Positions 1 through 10,905 are shown, numbered from the stretch's first letter. The stretch: 64,000 nucleotides of DNA from an uncultured Gemmatimonadales bacterium (GCA_964196025.1 CAXMRT010000214.1:5233-69232), one strand, 5' to 3'. The notes: generated by a model from the sequence alone, not told the origin. Program-made: numbers and translations.

Positions 1-98
1 ACGCGCACACCCCGGCACCCATGCCTTTTAGCGCTGCGCGCCGTGTCAGATTATTTTTCTTCATAGTCCCTCTTTGGATCGCGCCTCAGCACGAGTCT

Positions 99-1154
99 CT
101 ATTGTTCTGAATGATGTTCCGTGTGATGGCGACGCAAAAGATCCGCCCCAAAATCACCATCGAACTCCCGCCATACGGCGTGAACATGATGAGCGTCGTT
201 CTGAGTGTTATCGTATTCGAATAAGTATTTTTTTGTCTGAACTCGGTAATAGTGCCCCTCGCCTTCCTTCACACTCCCCGCCCAGGCAAAGCGCATACTC
301 CCCTTATCTGCGATGGGGCCGCGCGTGTCAATGTGCGCAAGTAACGCAGGACGGTACTTTCCTGTATACACGCGAACAAGAGCCAACAACATGGCTTGCT
401 GATCGTTGTTCAAGTTTTGATAGGTGACACCCTTCGCTGGATCAAACATCCCCTTCTGGATCTGCCGGTCCTCTTTCGTGAAAATGTCTTTAGGCGCTTT
501 TTTCAAAATGATGGCGTCCGCTTTCTGTGTGTCCGTCAGTGACGTCACTAACGCTCGCGCTAGGTCCTCTTCCTCGGCCAACAACTTGAGCCCCTTCAAA
601 CGTCCCTGCTGGACGATACCTGGGTTCGACGCATAAAACGAGGGTGTGGCCGTGATTTGCTTACCGTCGACAATCGTGAGGTTGATCGATAAATGATGCC
701 CTTCAAAGCGCCACGACCAACTCGACTCCGTTGACGGCTCACCAAAAATGGACACGTAATACCAGTCTGAGTGTCGGATTGGGTTGTTTTTCTCTAAGAC
801 ATGTAACAGCTGCTCAAATGCCATGATGGTAGATGCCTGAAGGGTGCCCTCTGCACTCAAGGCCGTTCCCAGCAGGGCGTGAGCAAGCACTCGCTGCTGA
901 GGCGTCATCCGATCAATCCTCAATCCATAACGCATCCGCTCAGGTTTGATATACTTGTCGGGAACATAATGCCAGGCGTCACGCTTCGCGTCGTCCCACT
1001 TGAAATGACCCGCGGCGGCCTCCTTCTCACCTAAGGTCGCAAGGAAGCGCTGTGCGGCAGTGGCCATCAACTCGTTCGGTTCCCCAGCAAGCGCGGTCGT
1101 TACGCTCGCTAAAAGAAAAAGACCCATCCCTCTCGCCATCACAGTCGTGCGCAT
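99..1154 (-). CDS. Secreted DUF3500-family protein (signal peptide; function unknown)
   Basis: 351-aa ORF with N-terminal signal-like segment (MRTTVMARGMGLFLLASVTTALA). Sequence character typical of DUF3500 proteins common in PVC bacteria; no catalytic motif recognised. Confidence 0.55.
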   Translation of the reverse strand: MRTTVMARGMGLFLLASVTTALAGEPNELMATAAQRFLATLGEKEAAAGHFKWDDAKRDAWHYVPDKYIKPERMRYGLRIDRMTPQQRVLAHALLGTALSAEGTLQASTIMAFEQLLHVLEKNNPIRHSDWYYVSIFGEPSTESSWSWRFEGHHLSINLTIVDGKQITATPSFYASNPGIVQQGRLKGLKLLAEEEDLARALVTSLTDTQKADAIILKKAPKDIFTKEDRQIQKGMFDPAKGVTYQNLNNDQQAMLLALVRVYTGKYRPALLAHIDTRGPIADKGSMRFAWAGSVKEGEGHYYRVQTKKYLFEYDNTQNDAHHVHAVWREFDGDFGADLLRRHHTEHHSEQ

Positions 1155-1447
1155 CTATTACCTCCATAGTATGTCATCAAACGACTATAGACATCTCAAA
1201 CGAAAAAGCACTGCCATTTAGCACCTTAATGAATTCGAACGGACCCTCCTGGTTCTTCCACACCCCTCCGGCGACCGCTCACATCCAGGCTCCACACAAC
1301 CGAGCCCTTTTCGAACGATCCAGATTCCATAAACGTGCTCCCAAGATCTTGATTATCAAGAACTGGTTGCCGATTGGCTCCCGCTCTGCAAGACTCCTGA
1401 ATCGTAACCGACAAACAGATTCACAACGACACACTTAGGAAAACAGC

Positions 1448-2098
1448 ATGAGCACACCTTTTCGCCTCGCCATCGCCGGACTTCTCGCCATCAGCTTCAC
1501 TGGCTGCTCTGGGCGTACCTCCCCTGCACCTTCAGCGTCTGTCGCGCCATCGGATTCACGGTCGGTTTCGGCTTCGGCTTCGGCTTCGAGCACACGCGTC
1601 ACACTTACAACAAGCAAGGGCGATATCACTATCGAACTCGATGTTGAAAAGGCACCACTCTCGAGCGCTAACTTCTTAACCTACGCCAACGCGGGATACT
1701 ACGACGGCCTCATTTTCCATCGCGTGATCAAAGGGTTCATGATCCAAGCGGGCGCGTTCAGTCAAAATGCCGAGGGCACGCTGAACATGAAGGAGCCTGG
1801 GGCACCTATTCAAAACGAGAGCCGCAATGGACTGAAAAACGTTCGCGGATCCATCGCCATGGCACGCCGCGCTGACCCAAATAGCGCAAATTCACAATTC
1901 TTCATCAATCACGGTAACAACGGAAACCTCGATTTCCCGAGCTTCGATGGTCACGGTTATGCCGTCTTTGGCAAGGTGGTCGATGGCATGGATGTTGTCG
2001 ACGCAATAGCCACCGTCAAAACCGGGCGACAAGGCGGAATGGGTGACGTCCCCACGGAACCCATCACGATTCAGAAAACGATCGTGATAACTCCCTGA
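1448..2098 (+). CDS. Cyclophilin-type peptidyl-prolyl cis-trans isomerase, lipoprotein
   Basis: Lipobox-like N-terminus (LAISFTGCSG), Ser/Ala-rich linker, then cyclophilin core motifs (FHRVIKGFMIQAG, GSIAMAR, NSANSQFFINH). Confidence 0.85.
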   Translation: MSTPFRLAIAGLLAISFTGCSGRTSPAPSASVAPSDSRSVSASASASSTRVTLTTSKGDITIELDVEKAPLSSANFLTYANAGYYDGLIFHRVIKGFMIQAGAFSQNAEGTLNMKEPGAPIQNESRNGLKNVRGSIAMARRADPNSANSQFFINHGNNGNLDFPSFDGHGYAVFGKVVDGMDVVDAIATVKTGRQGGMGDVPTEPITIQKTIVITP

Positions 2099-2314
2099 CC
2101 CACTTGCAGCAAGCATCAGGTGTCATCCTCACACGGTGACCGACCCGGTCGCTGGCCGACCCAGAGCCTCGGTCGATAAAGACGCTGTTTGTCGGTTTTC
2201 CACCATTAACGCTACCCTGTTCTCCAGCAAATCCACGTTTTTCTATCAGGTGCGTCAGACCTTCCGGTCAACCACCGTATATGCTACCGTCAACACTTCA
2301 CCCCTAATAAGGAC

Positions 2315-5300
2315 ATGATTATGACCGGTAGACTCTCCCTCACCGCGGCACTTACATTGGCCATGATGCCCTTCTCTCTGTTTGCCAACTCGGCACAAGA
2401 GATCTCCACGGCCGCAAACTATCATGGCGGCATCGTCGTCCACCTCGATTCCAATGGCTCTACACTTTCCACAGAGCTCGCCTCACGCCCGCACACTCAA
2501 CTTCAGGTTCTTGAGTCCAACCCCGATGCCCTCGCGGCGAGTCGCACCGCACTTTTTAAGACTGGCGACTATGGTCAAGCCTCCGCAATGCGCTACGACG
2601 GAACCCACCTCCCTTACATCGACAACATGATCAACTTAATCGTCTGCACGAAGAAGTCGACCGTCCCGCACGAAGAAATCCTTCGCGTTCTCAAGCCACT
2701 CGGAACTGCCCATATCAATGGCGCGCTGATCACCAAGCCGTGGCCAGACGAGATTGATGAATGGAATCACTTTCTTCACGGACCAGACAACAATGCCGTC
2801 GCAAACGACACACGCATCAACCAACCCCGCACCATGCAATGGGTCTCCGGTCCAAAATGGGGACGCACACACGAAGGCATGGCCAGCATGAGCGCGATGG
2901 TGACGGCCCAGGGTCGCATGTTCACAATCATGGATGAGGCTCCCCTCGCGTCGATCCGCTTCAATTCCAGCTGGAACCTCGTCGCACGCGACGCTTTCAA
3001 TGGCGCGCTCTTGTGGCAACGAAAAATCCCTATTTGGAACGATCACCTGCGCCACTTCCGATCCGGCCCCGTTCACCTCCCTCGCAGACTCATCGCAATA
3101 AAGGACAAGGTCTACGTGACCCTCGGACTAGGGGCTCCGGTGAGCGAGCTCGATGCACGCTCCGGTAAAACTCTCAAAACATTTTCTGGAACCGAATTTG
3201 CAGAGGAACTCATTTACGACGAGGACGTGCTCTATATGGTTGTGGGTTCGTCGGAGGTTTATCGCCAAGGCGGCGGACTTCACGAACGCAAGGAACCCTC
3301 CGCAACCGACTTCCGCTTCATTGCCGCCTACAGCCCCACAACAGGCAAACAACTCTGGAAGCGATCTATGGAAGACGGGGACTTTCTTCTTCCACAAACA
3401 ATCGCGACCAAAGGTCGCTTCCTGTGCTACCAAAGCACCTTCGGCATGGGCTGCCTAGATGTCAAAACCGGAGAGGTCCTATGGACCCAAGCGCGCCCAT
3501 CCCCAGCAAGACGAATGGGCTTCTCTTCTCCGACCCTCGTGATGACCTCAGAGGTCGTGCTCTGCGCCGACCGCGAGGCCACGGGCGATGCCGCCGCAAA
3601 GGGCAAAGTCGTGTGGGGCGTCAATGGCTGGAACGAGAAGGGCTTCGCACGCAAACAAAGCAATATCGTTCGCGCATTCGCTCTGGAAGACGGCAAGCAA
3701 CTCTGGCAAGCCCCAGGAGGCGAAGGTTATAACTCGCCAGTCGATATTTTCGTGATCAAGAATGTGGCCTATATCAGCAAGAGCTTCACCGGTCACGACA
3801 TCAAGACCGGCAAGGTCATTAAAACAATTGATACCTCCGCACCCGGCGTGAGCATGCCCCACCCACGCTGTCACCGCTACAAAGCCACAAGCGACTTCAT
3901 CATCACCGGCCGCTCCGGCGTGGAGTACCTCGACCTGGAACAAGGAAAATGGGTCGGCAACAACAGCTGGCTGCGCGGCACCTGCCAATACGGAATCATG
4001 CCCGCTAACGGCATCGTCTATGTTCCACCCGACGCCTGCGGCTGCAATCCCACAGTCAAGGTTCCCGGCATCTTCGCCGCAGCCTCGCAGCGCACGAAGG
4101 ACGGCCACATCAACTTCCCCGACGCACCTGTTCTCGTCACCGGCCCCGCATACAAAAAGGTCACCGCTATCCCAGCCGGCAAACCAGACTGGCCCGCGTA
4201 TCGACACGATGTGCAGCGCTCCGGCACCTCACCGGTCACCATCTCCGCCAGCATAAAGAAAGCGTGGTCGACAAAGATCGGCGGCAAGCTCACCCAAGCA
4301 ACACTCGTGGGAGACTCGCTCTTCCTCGCCTCCGTCAATGCCTATACGGTCTACTCTCTCTCTCAAGCCACAGGCGACATCCAGTGGTCGTTCACCGCCA
4401 ACGCGCGGGTCGACAGCGCACCCTCTTACTATAAAGGCTACCTAATCTTCGGTTCAGCCGATGGATGGCTCTACAGCGTCGAGGCTAAAACCGGACGCCT
4501 AGCATGGAAGTTCATGGCCGCACCAGAAGAACGCCTCGTCAACGTGTACGGACGCATGGAATCTCTCTGGCCAGTCCACGGAGCCGCCCTCGTTCAAAAC
4601 GACGCGGTGTGCATCACCGCCGGCCGGTCCACCTATATGGATGGCGGCATTGTCTACTACCAGATAGATCCCATCAGCGGAAACCAACTCTCGCGCAAAG
4701 TATTTTACGACCTCGATCGGGATACCGGCGCGGAACTCACCGGCGAGAAACAAAGGTCCTTTGATATGGCCGGGACCAGCTCCGACATTTTGACGGGCGA
4801 TGGAACACGGATATACCTCAAGCACCTCGCTCTGACTCAAGCGGGTTTGCCCGCCGTCGAAGCCAACCCGCATCTCTATTCGGTCACCGGAATGCTAGAT
4901 GAAGAATGGTTCGTGCGCGCCTACTGGCGCTACGGTATCAAACACGGGGCCGGCTGGTCTAGGTGGGCGCAAGCAGGTAACGAAGTTCCCTTTGGACGCA
5001 TCTTGTGCGTCGATGGCGACAAAACATACGGCTACGGTCGCGGCAAAGTTATCGGCGGACCCAAAGGACATGAGACCGACTCCTATCAACTTTTCTCCTC
5101 CGATAGCACTCCCCCTCCTGCTGACCCACTCACACCCGAACGACATAAGGACGATGAAAAGAACGTCCGTCGGGGAAAACAACAACGAAAACCGAAGCCT
5201 CCTAGGCCAACGACACACTGGGCCAACACGAAATCCATCACCGTCAAAGCCATGGCTGTAAGTCAAACGGCCATCATCACCGCCGGACCCGTCGACGAGG

Positions 5301-5521
5301 GGAAAAAGACTGGGCATCTCGCCTTCGGCAACCCTGAAGAAGCCTTGGCGGCCTTCGAGGGGAAGAAGGACGTCTTCCTTCAGATGATCAGCAAAGAAGA
5401 CGGCCACACGCTGTTCGAACTCAAAATTGATGAGAATCCAGGCTTTGATGGTCTTTCGATCACTCAGGACAAAATTTTTGTAACCGGAATATCCGGAACC
5501 ATAAACTGCTACACACCTTGA
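2315..5521 (+). CDS. Large secreted PQQ-like (BamB/YVTN-type) beta-propeller repeat protein
   Basis: 1068-aa ORF with signal peptide and multiple PQQ-like blade repeats (e.g. GSADGWLYSVEAKTGRLAWKF). No enzyme active site recognised. Confidence 0.7.
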   Translation: MIMTGRLSLTAALTLAMMPFSLFANSAQEISTAANYHGGIVVHLDSNGSTLSTELASRPHTQLQVLESNPDALAASRTALFKTGDYGQASAMRYDGTHLPYIDNMINLIVCTKKSTVPHEEILRVLKPLGTAHINGALITKPWPDEIDEWNHFLHGPDNNAVANDTRINQPRTMQWVSGPKWGRTHEGMASMSAMVTAQGRMFTIMDEAPLASIRFNSSWNLVARDAFNGALLWQRKIPIWNDHLRHFRSGPVHLPRRLIAIKDKVYVTLGLGAPVSELDARSGKTLKTFSGTEFAEELIYDEDVLYMVVGSSEVYRQGGGLHERKEPSATDFRFIAAYSPTTGKQLWKRSMEDGDFLLPQTIATKGRFLCYQSTFGMGCLDVKTGEVLWTQARPSPARRMGFSSPTLVMTSEVVLCADREATGDAAAKGKVVWGVNGWNEKGFARKQSNIVRAFALEDGKQLWQAPGGEGYNSPVDIFVIKNVAYISKSFTGHDIKTGKVIKTIDTSAPGVSMPHPRCHRYKATSDFIITGRSGVEYLDLEQGKWVGNNSWLRGTCQYGIMPANGIVYVPPDACGCNPTVKVPGIFAAASQRTKDGHINFPDAPVLVTGPAYKKVTAIPAGKPDWPAYRHDVQRSGTSPVTISASIKKAWSTKIGGKLTQATLVGDSLFLASVNAYTVYSLSQATGDIQWSFTANARVDSAPSYYKGYLIFGSADGWLYSVEAKTGRLAWKFMAAPEERLVNVYGRMESLWPVHGAALVQNDAVCITAGRSTYMDGGIVYYQIDPISGNQLSRKVFYDLDRDTGAELTGEKQRSFDMAGTSSDILTGDGTRIYLKHLALTQAGLPAVEANPHLYSVTGMLDEEWFVRAYWRYGIKHGAGWSRWAQAGNEVPFGRILCVDGDKTYGYGRGKVIGGPKGHETDSYQLFSSDSTPPPADPLTPERHKDDEKNVRRGKQQRKPKPPRPTTHWANTKSITVKAMAVSQTAIITAGPVDEGKKTGHLAFGNPEEALAAFEGKKDVFLQMISKEDGHTLFELKIDENPGFDGLSITQDKIFVTGISGTINCYTP

Positions 5522-5609
5522 ACCAACGCGCTTCAGGCACAGAGACCGCAGGAAACACACTCGAACGCCTTGACAACACCGGGCTATTTCAATAGTTAGA
5601 GACACCCCG

Positions 5610-6443
5610 ATGAAAAAACTCTTCATACCGCTTCTAATACTAGCCTGCCTAACGATGTCCTCGTGCGTCACAACGACCCATCCTCCGCCTGAATACAAAT
5701 TAATCACCCGCGAAGGCTCTGACGCCCTCAAAGCCATCCGGGACGCTCATGGCTCCATCAGCGGGCTCGACAAACTCTTCTCTGACAAGACGCACAAAAA
5801 CGGACTCCCCTATCACCTCTGTGTGCCGCCTGAATTGAAGGCCGGCCAGGCCTACCCCCTCGTCATGTTCCTGCACGGAAATACTGACCTCTCGATCGAT
5901 ACGCACAAGGGGTTTCCGAAAGGCGTATGGACGCTTCCTGAGGTTCAGCAGGCCCATCCCCACATCGTGTTCGTTCCACGCCATCAAGTGCGCGAAAACC
6001 AGTGGAACGAACCTGTCTATCACGCCCTCACAATGAAGACTCTCGAGGACCTGATCGACGAACAGAACACAAACCCCAACACGCCCAACATCGACACCCA
6101 GCGCCTATACGTCACGGGCTTCTCCAAAGGAGGCGCGGGCACCTGGTACTTTATCCAGAAACAACCACAGACCTTCGCTGCAGCCGTCCCTCTGGCTGGA
6201 GCCCGCCAAGGACCGAAAACACGTGACGAAGCCAAACCGCTCAAACACCTCCCCATCTGGATATTCAACGGAGACCCAGCCGAACGCTCCGCCGCCTCCC
6301 ATGTGAGTTTTAAATCTCTAAGCACCGCCGGCGCCAAAACCCTCAACTTTCACGAGTACGAACATCGCGGACACGTAATCGACGATTTTGCCTATTTCAC
6401 TCCAGGGTTTTTCGACTGGCTGTTTGCGCAGCGCAAACGCTAA
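5610..6443 (+). CDS. Alpha/beta-hydrolase esterase (phospholipase/carboxylesterase-like), lipoprotein
   Basis: Lipoprotein signal (LILACLTMSSC). LVMFLHG oxyanion-region motif, GFSKGG nucleophile elbow (GxSxG), C-terminal His region. Paralog of 33177-33899. Confidence 0.65.
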   Translation: MKKLFIPLLILACLTMSSCVTTTHPPPEYKLITREGSDALKAIRDAHGSISGLDKLFSDKTHKNGLPYHLCVPPELKAGQAYPLVMFLHGNTDLSIDTHKGFPKGVWTLPEVQQAHPHIVFVPRHQVRENQWNEPVYHALTMKTLEDLIDEQNTNPNTPNIDTQRLYVTGFSKGGAGTWYFIQKQPQTFAAAVPLAGARQGPKTRDEAKPLKHLPIWIFNGDPAERSAASHVSFKSLSTAGAKTLNFHEYEHRGHVIDDFAYFTPGFFDWLFAQRKR

Positions 6444-6793
6444 CGAAGCCCCGTCCCTCTGCGCCCGACCGGTCGACAGCGGAATCCCTCATACCAACAA
6501 CAACATTTTCCCCCATTTTTCCCTAGAATGAGTCATATTCTTCTCTATTATAGGTAGGTTGAGTGGCAAGTGGTTCGCGAAGTCGCGACCTTGCCATGGA
6601 AACACTTATGCGTGTTCGCAACAGGACTCCGAGTCAGGACCACTCGGAACACCCGCACGAAGCGACAAAACAGGGCGATAGTGATACACGTGCCCTAACT
6701 GAAGATGAACACGTATCGTCGCGTGACTGGGGATCCAGCACAAACACGAGACATCGTCGACCCGCCTCACGGCATTGGAATGAAGGAAGTTGT

Positions 6794-8335
6794 ATGAAGT
6801 TTTTCAGTACCATGAGGACTAACCGCGCCCGCACGCTTGCGATCGTCGGTATCGCAACCCTACTCGCGTCTGGATGCGTCACGACCAAGGAGAAGTCCCC
6901 GTCGACTTCCGGCTCCCCAACCGAAAACGAAACACTTCCTGCGACAACGCCCGCCGTCAAAGCCGCGATTCCGGCAGCGGAAACGCTTCCCGGCTCCATC
7001 ACGAATCTAAATTTATCTGAATGTCGCGCAATCGCGTTCCAGAAAAACCGCGGACTACAAACCGCACGCAACAATCTTGCCGTCGCTCTCGCTGGCGGGC
7101 GCGTAGCTGAGGCCGAAATTTTTGCCCCGACCTTGGATGTGTCGCAAACATTCGGCGAAGACAATGATGTCGGCACCGCCCGCGCTGAAATCAACTACCT
7201 CGCCCCACTCGGCATCGAAGTCTCCAGTTTCTTAAGTACCGGTGCCGACAGCGAACGTGACCCAGAAGAGGAGTGGCACAGCAGCGCGGGCATTACACTG
7301 AAGCGCCGCTTGTTTTCTACATCTGAGCGGTGGCGCCTCCGCATGCCACTCACCCAAGCCGAACGCACGATGCTAAAAGCGGGCAACACCCTGCGCCAAA
7401 AAGAACGGGACCTCGGATACACCGTCATGCAGTCCTTCCTCACCGTACAACGCACCGAACGCAGCCTCGCGGTCCGTCAAGCGCGCGTCCTCGACGCAAA
7501 CGACTTCCTCAAGATAACGGAAGAGCGCGTGCGCAATGGCCTCTCCCCAAAGGCCGACATCGTAAATGCGGAAATCTCCCTCAACTCGGCCGAGGCAGAA
7601 GAACTCAGCCAAGAAACCACCCTACAAAGCCAGACAGAGTCGCTGCTAAACACACTCGGTGTAGCGGTCACCAATACACTGGCGATCTCTCCGTTGGCAG
7701 TGACCAATACACCCGAACAGGTCTTCAACCTTACTGCAGATACCAAAAACCTGCTCGCACATCACGAATCGCTTGTAAACAAACGACTCGATATCGCACT
7801 GGCCAAAGTCAACGTCGACATTCAGAAGGACGTTCTCTGGCCCCAAATCGATCTCGCTCTCAAGGGCGCACACCGAAGCGAGGGATCCGAGGCCTTTAAC
7901 GGTGGTACCGAATCGACTGACGACGTTTCCCTCCAGCTCACCTACACAACCGCGCTCGACTTCAAGAAGCGCGACAGGGCGCGCCTCGAGCAAATGAAGC
8001 TCGGCCTCGAGAACTCAGAGGCTGGCTTGGTTGACGAGGAAAACGCGCTCGTCCTTCGCCTGCGCAGCATTCATCGAAATATCGAGCGACTCAAAATTCA
8101 ACTCAGACTCAACGAACAGCGGCTCGCAGCAGAACGACAGAAACTAGCTGCTACGCTCGTGCGCTACGAAGATGGTGGAGTCGACAATCTGGAAGTCACG
8201 CGCGCAAAACAAACGGTTGATAACGCCGAAATCAGCGTCATCAACACCCAAATCGATCTTGTCCTCGCGTTTGAAGAATATCAGACTCTTCTCCCGCCCG
8301 ATGAACCCGTCCAAACAGAACTCACGCGCCCCTAA
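6794..8335 (+). CDS. TolC-family outer-membrane efflux protein
   Basis: The longest ORF begins at 6563, but a likely ATG at 6794 is preceded by GGAAG and followed by a signal/lipobox (LLASGC). Two coiled-coil/beta-barrel repeat halves typical of OEP/TolC (LSECRAIAFQKNRGLQTARNNL...). TAATG overlap with the next gene. Confidence 0.75.
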   Translation: MKFFSTMRTNRARTLAIVGIATLLASGCVTTKEKSPSTSGSPTENETLPATTPAVKAAIPAAETLPGSITNLNLSECRAIAFQKNRGLQTARNNLAVALAGGRVAEAEIFAPTLDVSQTFGEDNDVGTARAEINYLAPLGIEVSSFLSTGADSERDPEEEWHSSAGITLKRRLFSTSERWRLRMPLTQAERTMLKAGNTLRQKERDLGYTVMQSFLTVQRTERSLAVRQARVLDANDFLKITEERVRNGLSPKADIVNAEISLNSAEAEELSQETTLQSQTESLLNTLGVAVTNTLAISPLAVTNTPEQVFNLTADTKNLLAHHESLVNKRLDIALAKVNVDIQKDVLWPQIDLALKGAHRSEGSEAFNGGTESTDDVSLQLTYTTALDFKKRDRARLEQMKLGLENSEAGLVDEENALVLRLRSIHRNIERLKIQLRLNEQRLAAERQKLAATLVRYEDGGVDNLEVTRAKQTVDNAEISVINTQIDLVLAFEEYQTLLPPDEPVQTELTRP

Positions 8336-10905
8336 TGCAGCAGGCGCGCCTTAGCTTCCGAGTAACACCGAACCCTCTTCGTTCGGCCTGCGCCATCCTG
8401 CTGATCAGCGCCCTATCCGGCGGCTGCGGACGCGAACCTGCACCCATAGAAAGCGAACACGTGTGGACCGTCGAAGCTCCACCCGCGGCCTTAGTGCTCA
8501 CCCTCGAAGGCGCTGTCGGGAATCTCCGCGAGGAAATCGTGAAAGCACCTGTTGAACAACTGCGCTTAAAGCAACTCGCCAAAATTGGCGAGATAATGGA
8601 GCCCGGTGCGGTCGTCGTTGAGTACGACACCGACTGGCTAGATCTCTGGATCAAGAGCAACGACGAACATCTCGCGCTCATCGAACGTCGGCTACGCGCA
8701 ACAAAACTCAGTGATCAAAAACGGCGCTATGGCCTGAACGATGACATTCTCGCAAAGGAAACAACTCGAACGGCGAAGCGCCTTGAGATCGAAGAGTCAA
8801 AAACGGTCGATCATCCAGAAAGGGCGATCCTTGAGCGTAGCCTAAAACAGGCAAGAGAACGCTTAGAGACCGCTCGACTCACTCTAGAGGCGCTCAAGAA
8901 GGTCGAGGCCGTAGGAGGCGCATCGGCTGCAGAAGTCCGCACAGCTATGGTGACGTACGAACAAGCGGTCGTCGGAATCAAAATGCCAGAAGTTCGGCTC
9001 ATGGAATTCGATCGAGAGGACGGTAGCGATGACCGCGTACGCCTGGAACAAGAACTCGACTGGCTCAATCTACTCCTGAGAGACGACAAGCAATTCGGCT
9101 CCTTGCGCAGCGAGCTCTCCCGCGCCGTCGCGAAACAAGATCGCGATAAACGAGGCCTCGTGAGCGAGCACCAGCGCCTTTCGGAGGGCGCCGAAGAGGC
9201 CATCCAAGCCTCTACCAACCCCGTCTATCGGACAGAGTCAGGCGGGCTGGTCGCGCCCTCCGACAACGGAGCCGGCGTCCCGATGGTGCCCGGTGCAGCA
9301 CTCGGTGCTCGGAGGATTGTCACCATCATCTCCCCCGGCGACCCGGTCATCGAAGTCAGAGTTCCCGAAGCGATGCGGAACTCTATCCGCCTCAATGAGG
9401 GCGATCAGTGGCTGGTCCGAGTCCGTATCCCCTCACTCGGGGCCCAATGGCTACAAGGAAAACTCACATCGATCAGTCCCGTGAAGGAGTATCGACGCGG
9501 GGGCAGCCCCTACTATAGAGGAAAAGTGGTTCTGGCTTCATCCCCGACCACACTCAGCCCCGGAGTGTCCGCGGTTTGCGAATTAACCTTCCCTGTCCCA
9601 TCCACCGCGGTCGTGATCCCTAGCTGGTGGGCCACACGCGACTTCCGTCCCGTCGCACATCTGGCTTCCGGAAAAAAACAGCGCCTGGTTGCACAGCGGC
9701 TCGGCGACAATCTGCTCGTCACGCGCGGACTCTCTGTCGGGACCAAAGTATTACCCCCCAAGCCAGAGACCGAACGACCACTAATCTTCTACTCCACTGT
9801 CTACTCCTCCGAAAACGATCGCATCGTCGTAAAAGGCTCGGGCTGGGAATGGGCGATCGAAGAACTGGTCGACGATGGCACCTATGTCGAAGCTGGCCAG
9901 GTCGTCTGCCGACTCAGGCGCGTATACGGTCGAAAAGTGCGCGACAATGCCGCCGACCTCGCGAAGCTCCGCGCAGACCTCGGTCTACAGCTGAGCCGCA
10001 TGAATGCAAACGGGGCCCTCGGAGATGCCTTCATGAATTGGCAGCAGGCACTGGGCGCCACCGAAACCAAACGGCTTGCCTATTTGCGGCTTCGTACGAA
10101 AGTGAACGATGTCGCTCTCGCTCAAGCGGAGTCCGATGCCGCACTAGCCGATATCAACCACCGCCAAGTGAAGGCTGACTTCGTCCGATTTTCAGCTCCA
10201 GTCTACGCGGAACTTCGTTCTGAAAATCAACACCGTCAGGACAAGCTCAACATGCAGGTGGGTGGACTTCAATATGAGAAATCGGCCATCGCTGCTGCAG
10301 CGACCCGGCAAGCTCGCATTTGGGACAACGTCCAATACGCTCGTCAAAACTGGCGGATGGCCGCTGACAACGCCACAGTCCTTGACCATGGCTATCAACA
10401 AGCCCGTATCACCCACCGAACGAAGATCGCTAGCGCCGAAGCGAAGCATGTCGACCAAATGAGAGAGGTCGAAGAACTTATTCTCGAGGCTGGGTCACTC
10501 GAACTCACCGCGCCGGTCTCCGGCCGCCTCCACTACAATCCCAAATGTTGGCGCGCTCCCGCCATCGGCGTCACCACCTACACACCCCACCTCTTCAATA
10601 TTCCCCGAGGCACAGAGCGAGAATTTTCCATCCACGTCCCCGGACGCCTCTATCAAGTTCTCAAAGTGGGCCAAGAACTCTCTTTGTACCTGCCCGCAAA
10701 CGGCTCGAAAAAGCTCACCGGGAAAATCACGCACATCGCCGATTATTTCGAAAAACGTCGCGGCAATCGCGGGGGCCGCGGCTCCAGCGATCAAGAAGCG
10801 ACAGTCGACGACGAAAAAACCGTCAAAATTCAAGTGGCATTTTCCGCCCAAAACGAACGAACGGCTCTCCCCGGCGCCACCGTGGTCGTGGAGATCGAGC
10901 CGTGA
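8335..10905 (+). CDS. Periplasmic adaptor (MFP/HlyD-like) lipoprotein with two adaptor modules in tandem
   Basis: Lipobox (LSGGCG). Two successive units of barrel-sandwich, long coiled-coil and beta-barrel; the first ends ...LVAQRLGDNLLVTRGLSVGTKVL, the second ...LPGATVVVEIEP. Stop overlaps the next start (GTGA). Confidence 0.6.
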   Translation: MQQARLSFRVTPNPLRSACAILLISALSGGCGREPAPIESEHVWTVEAPPAALVLTLEGAVGNLREEIVKAPVEQLRLKQLAKIGEIMEPGAVVVEYDTDWLDLWIKSNDEHLALIERRLRATKLSDQKRRYGLNDDILAKETTRTAKRLEIEESKTVDHPERAILERSLKQARERLETARLTLEALKKVEAVGGASAAEVRTAMVTYEQAVVGIKMPEVRLMEFDREDGSDDRVRLEQELDWLNLLLRDDKQFGSLRSELSRAVAKQDRDKRGLVSEHQRLSEGAEEAIQASTNPVYRTESGGLVAPSDNGAGVPMVPGAALGARRIVTIISPGDPVIEVRVPEAMRNSIRLNEGDQWLVRVRIPSLGAQWLQGKLTSISPVKEYRRGGSPYYRGKVVLASSPTTLSPGVSAVCELTFPVPSTAVVIPSWWATRDFRPVAHLASGKKQRLVAQRLGDNLLVTRGLSVGTKVLPPKPETERPLIFYSTVYSSENDRIVVKGSGWEWAIEELVDDGTYVEAGQVVCRLRRVYGRKVRDNAADLAKLRADLGLQLSRMNANGALGDAFMNWQQALGATETKRLAYLRLRTKVNDVALAQAESDAALADINHRQVKADFVRFSAPVYAELRSENQHRQDKLNMQVGGLQYEKSAIAAAATRQARIWDNVQYARQNWRMAADNATVLDHGYQQARITHRTKIASAEAKHVDQMREVEELILEAGSLELTAPVSGRLHYNPKCWRAPAIGVTTYTPHLFNIPRGTEREFSIHVPGRLYQVLKVGQELSLYLPANGSKKLTGKITHIADYFEKRRGNRGGRGSSDQEATVDDEKTVKIQVAFSAQNERTALPGATVVVEIEP

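Noticed and set aside
74-636. ORFs 74-427 (+) and 424-636 (+)
   Set aside because: They lie antisense within the DUF3500 gene, are compositionally odd, and have no motifs. Shadow ORFs.
3548-4207. 219-aa minus-strand ORF inside the PQQ-propeller gene
   Set aside because: Antisense to a well-supported CDS. Gly/Ala-rich translation typical of high-GC shadow frames.
10545-10901. N-terminal 119 codons of the long ORF 10545-13904
   Set aside because: Extremely Arg/His-rich and overlaps the preceding adaptor gene in another frame. The real start is most plausibly GTG 10902 or ATG 10935.
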